64,000 nucleotides of DNA, taken from contig OZ024741.1 of NCBI GenBank assembly GCA_964016885.1, forward strand, positions 282,472,001 through 282,536,000. The letters are read 5' to 3'. The stretch comes from Eledone cirrhosa (taxonomy: Eukaryota). The translations under genes were made by a program, and so were the position numbers. The notes beneath the pieces were generated by a model that worked only from the letters and a program-made list of their open reading frames with translations, made no database searches and was not told where the DNA came from. Every line of letters starts with the position of its first letter. Positions within the stretch are counted from its first letter, which is position 1. This document shows, in pieces, positions 54,706 through 64,000 of the stretch.

Positions 54706-57700
54706 TCATCATCATCATCATCATCATCATCGTTTAACGTCCATCTTCCATCTTGGTTGACTTGCTCGTATAGGACTGTCTGGCAGGTTTTCTACGGCTG
54801 GATGCCCTTCCTAACACCAACCACATTTACAGTGTGGACTGGGAGGTTTTTACCGTGTTACCTACACGGCCACATTACAGCGTGGACTGTGTGTTTTTTT
54901 TTTTTTTTGCCGTGACACCTACACGACCTCATTTGTTTCGGCCTGGATGTTGAGGTACCAACATAACTTTACATTGAAGGGGGTGGTGTAGATGAGGTGG
55001 GGGTAGTGGGACGGGGTGTATTTTTGTTAGAGGTGCCTACTGACTGTAGTAGGTTTCACTTTGTACTTAGGCAAGGCGGGTCTTCTGTATGACTGTGTAG
55101 CGCCAAAGATCTCGGTCCAGTGACATTGTCTTGGAGAGGTGTAAGTATGTGAGGTTGGAATTTATCAAGTCGTCCCAGGTTTTTCTGGGTCTGCCTATTC
55201 CGTAGCTACCGTCTATTTTTATCGCCCTGCACTTTTTTATACAGCTGTCATCTTTCATGCGCATCACGTGACCGTACCAACATAGTCTTCTCTCCAGTAA
55301 ACAACATCTGATCCCTCTTATTCCTAATTTCTCCCTTAGTTCGTTTATGCTTTGCCGTTCATGTATATTACTATTACACATCCACCGTAGCATGCAAGCT
55401 TCGTTCCTCTCCAGTCTGCGTATATCCTCTGCACACAATGCCCAAGTCTCACTGTCATGTAACATTGCTGTTCGTATGCAGGCATCATACAGCCTGCCTT
55501 TCATTTTTAGAGAGAACCCTTTAGCGGCTCATAGTGGTATAAGCTCTCTGAACTTTTTCCATCCAGTTCTGACTAGCTACTGTACTTTCGGAGCACCCTC
55601 CCCCACTGCTGATTTTGTCACCCAGGTAACGGAAGGTGTCCACTATTTCTATAGAAGCATCTGTGCAATGGAATGAGCTAGTATTGTGGGCACTTGCTGC
55701 TACTTATTGCACCTGAGCACCGGCCACATATAAAATCTATATTCTTAGTTAGCTTACCTGTGATCCCACATCTTTTATGCACCCATACTTTGCATTTGGG
55801 ACATAAAATGGAGTTTCTGCCTACTCCTTTCCTACACACTGAGCATGGCCATTTCCCGGATGGGACCGGCGCCCTATTTTCCTTCCTACACACTAGAACT
55901 TTACTCTTAGACAGGTTAATTTTAAGGCCTTTTGATTCTAGGCCATGCTTCCATGTTTGGAATTTCTTCTCTAGTTCAGCCATTGATTCAGCTATGAGCG
56001 TTAGATCATCTGCGTATAGGAGTTCCCATGGGCAGCCAGTCTTGAACTCCTCTGTTATAGCCTGAAGGGCAATAATAAATAGTAGGGGGCTAAGAACGGA
56101 GCCCTGATGAACACCAACTTTTACGCTAAACTCTTCACTATATTCGTTGTTAATTCTAACTTTGCTGACTGCTTCTTTATACATGGCTTGTATAGCTCTC
56201 ACAAGCCATTCATCAACACCTAGTTTTCTAAGAGCCCACCAGATAATGGAGCAGGGGACTCTGTCAAAGGCTTTCTCCAAGTCAACAAAAGCTAAGTAGA
56301 GGGGTTTACTTTTAGCTAGGTACTTCTCCTGTAGTTGTCGTACAATGAAAAGAGCGTCTGTGGTACTTTTACCTGACACAAACCCGAACTGCATTTCATC
56401 TAGATCAATTCGTTCTCTGATTAGTTGCACTATTACTTTTTCTGTGACCTTCATGACCTGGTCGATTAATTTAATGCCTCTATAGGGCATCTCCTTTACC
56501 CTTGTAGCAGTTAATGATGATGCTGCTACGCCAGTCCTTCGGAACGATCCCATTCTGTATGACTTGGTTTACTATCCGGGTGACCATAGTGTGTCCCACC
56601 GTTCCAGTTGCTTTCAGCATTTCAGCAACTATTTCCGAAGGCCCAGCCGCCTTACCCGTCTTCATATCTTTGATTGCCTTACTTATTATACTACCTTCGA
56701 CTAACACTGCTGGTCCCTCTATTGGATTGATGTGGGGGAGACTGTCTTTCTTCCATTTATTTTCCTCATTTAGTAGCCTTTCGTAGTGACACTTCCAAGC
56801 TACCTTCTTATCAGCGTCAGTGATGGCAAGTACACCATTATCATTCAAGACACACTTCTCCCCGACAATATCACGGTTTTCCTTGACACATTGCCTAGCA
56901 ATCCTAAACACCTCACGTTTTTGGTCCTCGCGTTGTAGAACATGCTTGAACTTTCTTTCCTCTGCTTCCCTTCTTGCGAAGTACACTTGTCTCCTAGCTT
57001 CCCTCCTGACCACTTGATTGTCTTCTCTACTTCTCCCATGCCGCCATACTTTCCAAGCCTGCTTTTTGGCCTTAATTGACTCCTTCACCTTATTGTTCCA
57101 CCACCACGTTACTCTCCTCCTGCCTATAGACCTGCTCCAGCCACAGACTTCATCTGCCGCCTTCAGCAGGTTTGCTTTCAGGAATTCCCACTGTTCCTCT
57201 ATATTGTACGACTCTAATTCTCTTCCTTACTGTCAAAAGCATCAAGTAATATGCTTTTAAATTTATTACTGGCTGTGGGGTCCTTTAGCTTCCATATTTT
57301 TCTCCTGAGGATAGTCCTCCTTTGTTGTCGAGTACGTCTTGTCCTGACTATGAGGTCACTGACTATGAGTCTATGTTGGGAGGTGCATTCTTCATGGGGG
57401 AGGGATTTAGTGTTTACAACAGACACTCTATCACATCTTCTGGTAAGGATATAATCTATCTGGCTGGCGTGTTCCCCTGATCTATAGGTGATCAAGTGAT
57501 TGTCTCGTTTTTTGAAGTTAGTGTTACAGATAGTTAGGTTATTTGCATCACAGAATTCCAGGATTCTGGAGCCTTCCTCATTTCTAGTACCAAACCCATA
57601 GCCTCCATGGATTCCGTCATAGCCGTCACAATGTTGTCCAACGTGACCATTTAGGTTGCCAACAATAATTATGTAGTCACTGTCGGTTATTTGGGAGGTA

Positions 57701-58440
57701 GTGAGCATCAATATCTCATAGAATCTGTCTTTTATAATGCCAGGCAGTCCGGATTGGAAGTGTGTACGCAGATATTGCCGTCACAGTAGTTCTATTTAGA
57801 ACAAGTCTTATTTTAATTATTCTGTCGTTTACTCTATTTACATCTATTATCTTATCCACCCATTTTTCTTCTAACATGATTCCTACCCCACCCAGCCCAT
57901 TGTCATTTCCCACCCAGAAAAGCTTATAGCATCGTTTTTTACCCACAATGAATCTAGCAGACCCACCCCTCCACCTGGTCTCTTGGATACAGCAAACATT
58001 AACCTCCTTACGTTCAAGCATTTCTACAACCTCGTTAGAGCGACCTTTTAAGGTGCCTACATTCATGGTACCAACTCTGAAGTTTTGGATTGCGTTTGGT
58101 GGGTGAGAACGGTGGGGCGCGGGGAGGGATGAGGGGGATGGGATTGGGGTTATGTTGGCCATCCGCGGCCGAAATAAAGAGGAGGAGTCCTTGCCTTTTC
58201 GTCCAGCAGCATTGGGTGAATTTGTCTTTATCTTTGGCATTGTCACTGAGTGTCCAGATTTTTCAGACTCTCCAGAATTCCTTAGTCCATCCATCATATC
58301 GAAAGGCAATCAGGATAAGTGATAGCATAGGCCGCTGACTTATGATTGGTCCAGATAATAATGGTGGCGAGTGGGGGAGGGGTATGGGTTAGTTAGCGAG
58401 AAGGTTTAAATAAAATCCTCGAATTTTGGGCATAATTGGA
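54706..58440 (-). mobile_element. Near full-length RTE-clade LINE, frameshifted (APE endonuclease, RT, PHD-like finger, 3' UTR, (GAT)n tail)
   Basis: APE motifs VGTMNVGTL, IQETRW, GNLNGHVG, SQIDYIL, SQHRL; RT motifs QFGF, FVDLEKAFDRV, GVHQGSVLSPLLF, YADD (56005-56016); RTE C-terminus WYGHVMRM..GRPRKTW. Split across five ORFs; 5' boundary approximate. Confidence 0.96.
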
Positions 58441-58913
58441 CATGCATATACAGTAATAAACGAATAATGGGATTTTAAAATACAAGAAGATTATTTAGAA
58501 CAACCAGACAGAATTATAAAATAGCATTGAGAAAGAGCAAAGATATGGATTCTGGGCGATGATGTGGCTATATGAATGAATGGACCAGGAAGATGGAGAG
58601 ACAAGAAAAAAATGGCATTTTACATTACATTTCACAGGAGAGCAAGCAAGTCTGATCATTAATAAGAGTTGACAAAATCTGAGATTCGTACCTCGTAACA
58701 GGTTTATTTTATATTTGGTGAGAGAAGGGACCCTCATATTTCAAAATAATTTTCACAAAAATAAAAGCACTTATTAACAACGTATTTCTTGATGTTATTA
58801 AAATTCAACAGTTATAATGAACTATCGTGTCAGATGGTATCAAAATAACAGCCAGATAAATTCTACAGCTTGTCACATCTTAGGACATCACAACTCAACT
58901 TCTTCTAAATTCT

Positions 58914-58941
58914 TCACCAATCTATTTTCTTGAAATTTAAT
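58914..58941 (-). CDS. Candidate terminal exon (phase 2: L-LNFKKIDW-stop)
   Basis: GCTTTTTGTTTGAAG|ATTAAATTTC...TGGTGA; frame-compatible with 59431-59487. Confidence 0.25.
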
Positions 58942-58969
58942 CTTCAAACAAAAAGCATATCTTAACGTC

Positions 58970-59421
58970 AGTTCGCCTCAGGTTTCTGGCAAACAGGATG
59001 GACAAGAGAATGTGCTGGAGGACAGAGAGGGAGACGTGTTGGAACAGCCACTTCACCTTGTGGAGCTTGCACTTGCAGGTAGCCAGCTCTGCTCCGATTG
59101 CAGTGAGCAGGGGGCCAAGAATGCTGGAAGTCTCGACTGCCACAGGCTCACCCACAAACCTATCAGAGAGTGGCCTATGCTTGGACAGTTTGCTCTCTTT
59201 AGCCTGGTGGTCAGCGAAGCCCAGGTTGTCACTATAGAAGGTGTCACAACATGTGGCATCTCAGATGAGGGGTCTACCACCACAGAACGGGAAGATTGTC
59301 ATGCCATCTGGCTTTTTACCATCCCCTCAGTCCAGCCCTACTAGCTTGAGCTGGGAAGGAGAGCCCGCACCATCTAAGCCATACTTTATAATCTCGTTGA
59401 GAGCAGTATCGCGGCCAGTAT
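58970..59421 (-). mobile_element. CRE-clade non-LTR retrotransposon relic (restriction-like endonuclease)
   Basis: Minus strand RDTALNEIIKYGL..GLD*GDGKKPDGMTIFPF..I*DATCCDT..KLSKH..PVAVETSSILGP..WLFQHVSLSVLQ; PD-(D/E)xK-type RLE. Confidence 0.85.
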
Positions 59422-59430
59422 GTTACTTAC

Positions 59431-59487
59431 AATTTGAAGTATTCTGTAGATTTCTGGTATGTTTTTCTTTTAACAACAACAAGCTGC
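59431..59487 (-). CDS. Candidate 57-nt exon (phase 2-2: QLVVVKRKTYQKSTEYFK)
   Basis: Pyrimidine tract CCTTTCCTTCTCTTTGTATGTTTAAAAAG| ... CAAATT|GTAAGT. Confidence 0.45.
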
Positions 59488-59641
59488 CTTTTTAAACATA
59501 CAAAGAGAAGGAAAGGAACAGATTAGAGATGCAAGAGAGGAAGAGAGAGAGACATTGGAAGAATGATCACTCCTTTAAATAGCCCAGGTTATTAGCTCCA
59601 ATCATAAAGATAAGATGCCTGCTGATTTTATTCTCTGCTAA

Positions 59642-62456
59642 GAATATATATATGTATGGGCTTTCTTCTCACTACTAGATAAACACTTCCCATCCGGCCA
59701 CAGGTACCACGGCCTTTTAAACAAAAACACTATTAAGATCTCATACTCTACTACGCCTAACTTAGCATACCACATAGCTAGTTCAAATAAAAGAAAAATT
59801 AATTCTTACTTCCAACAAACTAAATCACAACGGTCGATAAACCTTCAAAATAACATTCAAAATAACAGTCAAAGTAACATTATAACAAATAACCGTAATA
59901 TCAATGGAAATAATAGTAATAGCACTAGTGTAAACATTAACGCTGCGTACCACAACCCTCATAACCATAACCCTATAGCTAACATCCAAACTTCTACACA
60001 GCATAGTAACCGGCAGACTAGCACCCAGAGTAATTGTAACTGTAGATCAAGTAGAACCTGCCCTTTAGATAAAAAATGCTTAACCAAGGATATCATATAC
60101 TCATGTACAGTCACAACTAACAGCTCTTCTGAAACCTATATAGGCTCCACTTCTAACTGCTTCAAAACTAGATACAATTCGCACCTCCACTCTTTCAAAA
60201 AACACAGTCTAGCCAACTCCACTTCACTATCTAGCTACATACACTATCTAAAAACTAAAAATAAAATATATACACTTAAATGGGAAGTGGTAGGTAGTGC
60301 AACATCGTACAAACCACCTAATAAATTTTGTAACCTCTGTCTACTAGAGACCCATACTATCATCTTCTCTAAACATAATCTCCTTAATAAAAAATCAGAA
60401 GTGTTCGCAACTTGCCAACACCGCTTCCGACACTCGTTCAAAACTTTAAACCCTATATATAATAATGTCAGACTGGAACCGGCACCACCCCTAGCAATTA
60501 ACATCAGTAGCACACCTTACACCTCACATCCACACCCATTTATATACTCTAAAGATAATACTGACAGCATTTTAGTACCACCTACCCTGGGAATACCCCC
60601 TTGTACCTCTAATTCTGATATCTCGACCGTGGACTACTTATTCTGCATTGCACAAATATAAGATTAGTATAAACTGGGGACACGGTACTGGTTGCGATAA
60701 CATAGTCCTGTGCATGGATTCCCACCAAGAGATAGATTGATGATTAGATAGATAATCGTATTGTTATGTGAATATATACTGTAAACGATCAGTTCAATGA
60801 ATTATGCACAGGAGATGCATGAGTTAGGAGCCTCTGTGTTGCCTGGTGACCTGACCGGCACCTTTTGACGAGAGAACCGGCCACCGGACCACCCTGGTGA
60901 ACTTACCGGGGATGGAGTCATACCACGACCTGAATCTCGCCGGGAGTCATGTATGATAATAAGACCATTACTGATAGTGAGACCCATGTAGTTAATTATG
61001 TAGTCTGACTCTTCTTATGGATTGGCCGGGTGTGGCACCCCATGTTGGATTGTAGTCATCATGATACGAACTCCTTTAGTACTTGTTACTGGACTCCACT
61101 CTAACTTGTAGATGGGATACCTGATCTATATGTGGGATGTGGGTTTATGTATTGCTTGGTGGCCAGACAGGTGCCCTGGTATGAGAGATTTAATCTCCAG
61201 ATTGTAATCATCTTGATGTCAACTCCTTTAGTACCTATTAATAGACTCCACTCTAGCTTGTAGATGTGATACTTAATTGATTTATATATGAGACGGGGGT
61301 TGTCTATTGCTTGATGACCAGACTAGTGCCTGTATATGAGAAATTGGATCTCCGGACCATACCGAAGATTTACTGGAGATTCAGACATGCAATGACCCGG
61401 AGCCTACCGGGTGGCATATATAATAGCGGGACCATACCAGGTCCTACTGTTATATTACATTTGCACGGAACAGTGACTTGAGAGTCTGACTCCTCTTATA
61501 GAACGTTCAGATATGACACCCCTTAATGGATGGTAATCATCCTAATATATACACCCTTGTACTTCTTAATGGACAACTCTCTAACCTATAAATGGGTAAC
61601 ATACTCTAGAAATTAGTTATAACTTCATATGATAGGCACGTATTTGAATCACCATTAATGTAGTTTAGGATAGTAAGATAACTAGCTAGTTACCTCCCCT
61701 TACGCATTAATTCCCCTTAGTCATTCAGACACTTCCGGAATCTGGACAGCATGATCTATTAATTAAGAACCGACTGGATACGGTTTATAGCTTGATTATA
61801 TGCTGAACCATCGCGAATTATACGATAGACACGTGTTCTCTATATATATTGCGTCTCATGGATTATGTGAGTGGTGGTGTGAGCGAAGACAGTGGTACGG
61901 CTTTGCCTACGATACAATAAGGTTTATAGTATGTTGAAAGTTTTTGATATTTTGGTGTTTCCCTGCATCCGAGACTGTATATCATACAGATGTATGAGAA
62001 TAAATGACTTAATAATTCAGCCCACATAATAAGATCGATTGCCTGCTTCAACTGCCTGACCCTGCAAATATCATTCTGACGCACTCTAATCATGTATAAA
62101 TAAGACACGCGTGCATGCTACACATGAGATTGTTTCATACACTGACTACTCTAAGCTTCCCTCTTGCTTTATCTTCATAGACTGCCAACGCTTCATGTTT
62201 ATCTTTATTTTCATTCTTGTTTTTATTTTATTTTTATCCTGTAACCTTTATATGTAAATTGTCATGCTATATCATTTGATGAATGTCACCCCACTGTTGA
62301 TCAATAAGCGCATATGTTTTATATGTCTCTTGGGTTGAAAAAGAGGTCAAGTATGTTATAGATCAGTAAATAGTTGCTCCGAAGAATCCAAACCTCGGTT
62401 TGGAGGAAACAATTGTAAGCAAATAAATGACTTAAACTGAACTTTGATTATTGTAA

Positions 62457-62460
<4 letters not shown>
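59642..62460 (+). mobile_element. 5'-truncated Penelope-like element (Naiad-like); stop-free frame 59642-60661 encoding thumb/linker and GIY-YIG endonuclease, then a long 3' region
   Basis: FFSLLDKHFP..NKNTIKISYSTTPNL; CNCRSSRTCPLDKKCL; IIYSC..TYIGST..FKTRYNSH; CNLCLLE..LLNKKSEVFATCQH. RT core absent. Confidence 0.9.
62374..62422 (+). ncRNA. Minimal type I hammerhead motif (U4C variant) at the 3' end of the Penelope-like element
   Basis: TTGCT-CCGAAGA-A-TCCAAACC-TC-GGTTTGGA-G-GAA-ACAATTGT-A-AGCAA. Confidence 0.7.
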
Positions 62461-62490
<30 letters not shown>

Positions 62491-62585
62491 GGTGTGTTCA
62501 GTAGAAGTTGTTTTGGTAAAAACAGGAGTAAACAGGACAAAGCTCTCAACATTCATAGTTTATAGTCACGATGGAGATTCAGTAG

Positions 62586-62699
62586 AAGAATAACATTAAG
62601 AAAGATGCTGATGTTACATAAATCATAAATCGTTTGTCACAATAATTATTATGAAGAAACGATTTATGTAACATCAGCATCTTTCTTAATGTTATTCTT
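62586..62699. repeat. ~40-bp-arm inverted repeat next to (TA)n
   Basis: AAGAATAACATTAAGAAAGATGCTGATGTTACATAAATC and its exact reverse complement ending at 62699. Confidence 0.88.
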
Positions 62700-62931
62700 A
62701 TATTTATATATATATAAATATATATTCAAAATTAATTGGAGGAAAATCAACCGGCATTCATTAAAAATGTTTATTCATTTACAAATGTTTCTGGCACAAA
62801 AACATGAGTCGGCATTCAAAATCAAACGACAAATCTGTCTGTTAATAAAATTTGCAAACCCATAAATTTTTGCACCGTCTTCAGAATAAAAAAACATATT
62901 TCAATTAAAAATTCACTAAAAAATAACTCAC

Positions 62932-62988
62932 CTCAATCTGTATACATCAACAAATTCGCAAAAATGTTGGTTAAACCAGAAAAATATC
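62932..62988 (-). CDS. Candidate 57-nt exon (phase 2-2: IFFWFNQHFCEFVDVYRL)
   Basis: CATTTTATTTAG| ... GATTGAG|GTGAGT; joins in frame to 59431-59487. Confidence 0.45.
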
Positions 62989-63020
62989 CTAAATAAAATG
63001 TTACTGCTTTTATATATATA

Positions 63021-63408
63021 CTGTATATACTCATGTAAAAGTCGAAATTTTTAGACCATTTTATAGAGTCGACTATTGCATGGATACTACTTTTGAGGGG
63101 CTCGAAATTCAAGTTAGAATCCAAAGTACCATGTCAATAGGAGAAGCTACAATAAGGTAGGCCCACATTTGAGTAAAGTTTTACTTTCAGACACACATTT
63201 GCAATAATATAAATTTGCCTTAAATTCATGACAATTTTGTAAGTTATTTCTACGTACAGGGTGATACCTTGACCCACAAATCTTGACCTGTTATCTGTGA
63301 AATACTAGAGTTGACTTTTATGGAATGTCTTTGGAAAATCCAGATTTTTTGGTCAAAAGTAAAGGGTCAACTTTTATATGAGATCAACCATTACTCGAGT
63401 GTGTACGG
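63021..63408. mobile_element. Tc2/pogo-like non-autonomous DNA transposon
   Basis: TA-flanked TIRs CTGTATATACTCATGTAAAAGTCGA / TTACTCGAGTGTGTACGG; same family as 16703-17293. Confidence 0.78.
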
Positions 63409-63810
63409 TAAATACGTAGAACACCTTAAAATCAACAATTCCAGCATTTATGTACATAGAAATACCTACATACATACCATTCTTGCTTAAAACTAGGTAA
63501 TCACCCACCACAACAATAAGGGGTTGACAAAACCTACATCATATAGATGATTAAAAAAGCTCTAGTGTGTCTAAAAGATAAAATCAATTTAGTACGAAAG
63601 AACTAAACCGGCAGCATGGAGAACCCTATTGAGAATCTAGGGTGACTCACCTGGTGAGGGATTTCCCATTTTTTACAGGAGGCAGTGGCAACCATTGCCC
63701 CCAATAAATGCTGTTCTGGCGCTGGTAGAGAATTCATGGTGGGAGTAGTAGATGGAGAACCTTTGCAGTAAAGGTGTGTAAACTTTATTGCAGAAGGGGG
63801 AAGTGTATAC

Positions 63811-63958
63811 CAGGCATGGGCAACCTTTTTCGAGCAGTGAGTCACATAGGATGGGGCCCATCACAAGGCAAGCCACATTACTAAAAAGTTCAAGGCATGC
63901 CATTCAAAAAGCCAAACGGGCTGCATGTGTCTCATGGGCCACAGTTTGGCCATGACTG
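63811..63958. mobile_element. hAT (Charlie-like) MITE with perfect 8-bp TSD
   Basis: TIRs CAGGCATGGGCAACCT / AGTTTGGCCATGACTG; TSD GTGTATAC at 63803-63810 and 63959-63966. Confidence 0.85.
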
Positions 63959-64000
63959 GTGTATACTGTGTTCACAACCAAGACAATATCTATAGTTATA

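Noticed and set aside
60662-62370. SECIS element or selenocysteine, as reported for some Naiad elements
   Set aside because: No in-frame TGA in the surviving ORF and no convincing SECIS fold seen.

Overview
Very AT-rich, repeat-dominated animal genomic DNA. The SINE, RTE and microsatellite repertoire suggests an octopod cephalopod (inference). Nearly all long ORFs in the track are artefacts of (TA)n or (AAC)n repeats. Main result: a 469-bp tandem array (22304-24267) in which each unit carries a canonical type I hammerhead ribozyme. The array starts exactly at the predicted cleavage site and is preceded by an inverted copy joined through hammerhead stem I, i.e. a retrozyme or Penelope-pLTR-like element inserted in (TA)n. 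Four further unrelated hammerhead motifs occur at about 36.4-36.6, 40.6, 41.4 and 62.4 kb; the last ends a 5'-truncated Penelope-like element with an open GIY-YIG frame. Other content: a near-complete frameshifted RTE LINE whose 3' UTR is shared with a CORE-SINE, many tRNA-derived SINEs, non-autonomous Helitrons, hAT/pogo/piggyBac-type MITEs, CRE, Expander-like and hAT relics, and a ~15.5-kb (TA)-derived satellite with a 5-kb duplication and an assembly gap. Candidate minus-strand host exons include a signal-peptide-like exon, a 9-nt microexon and 57-nt exons. All calls were read by eye; no searches were run.
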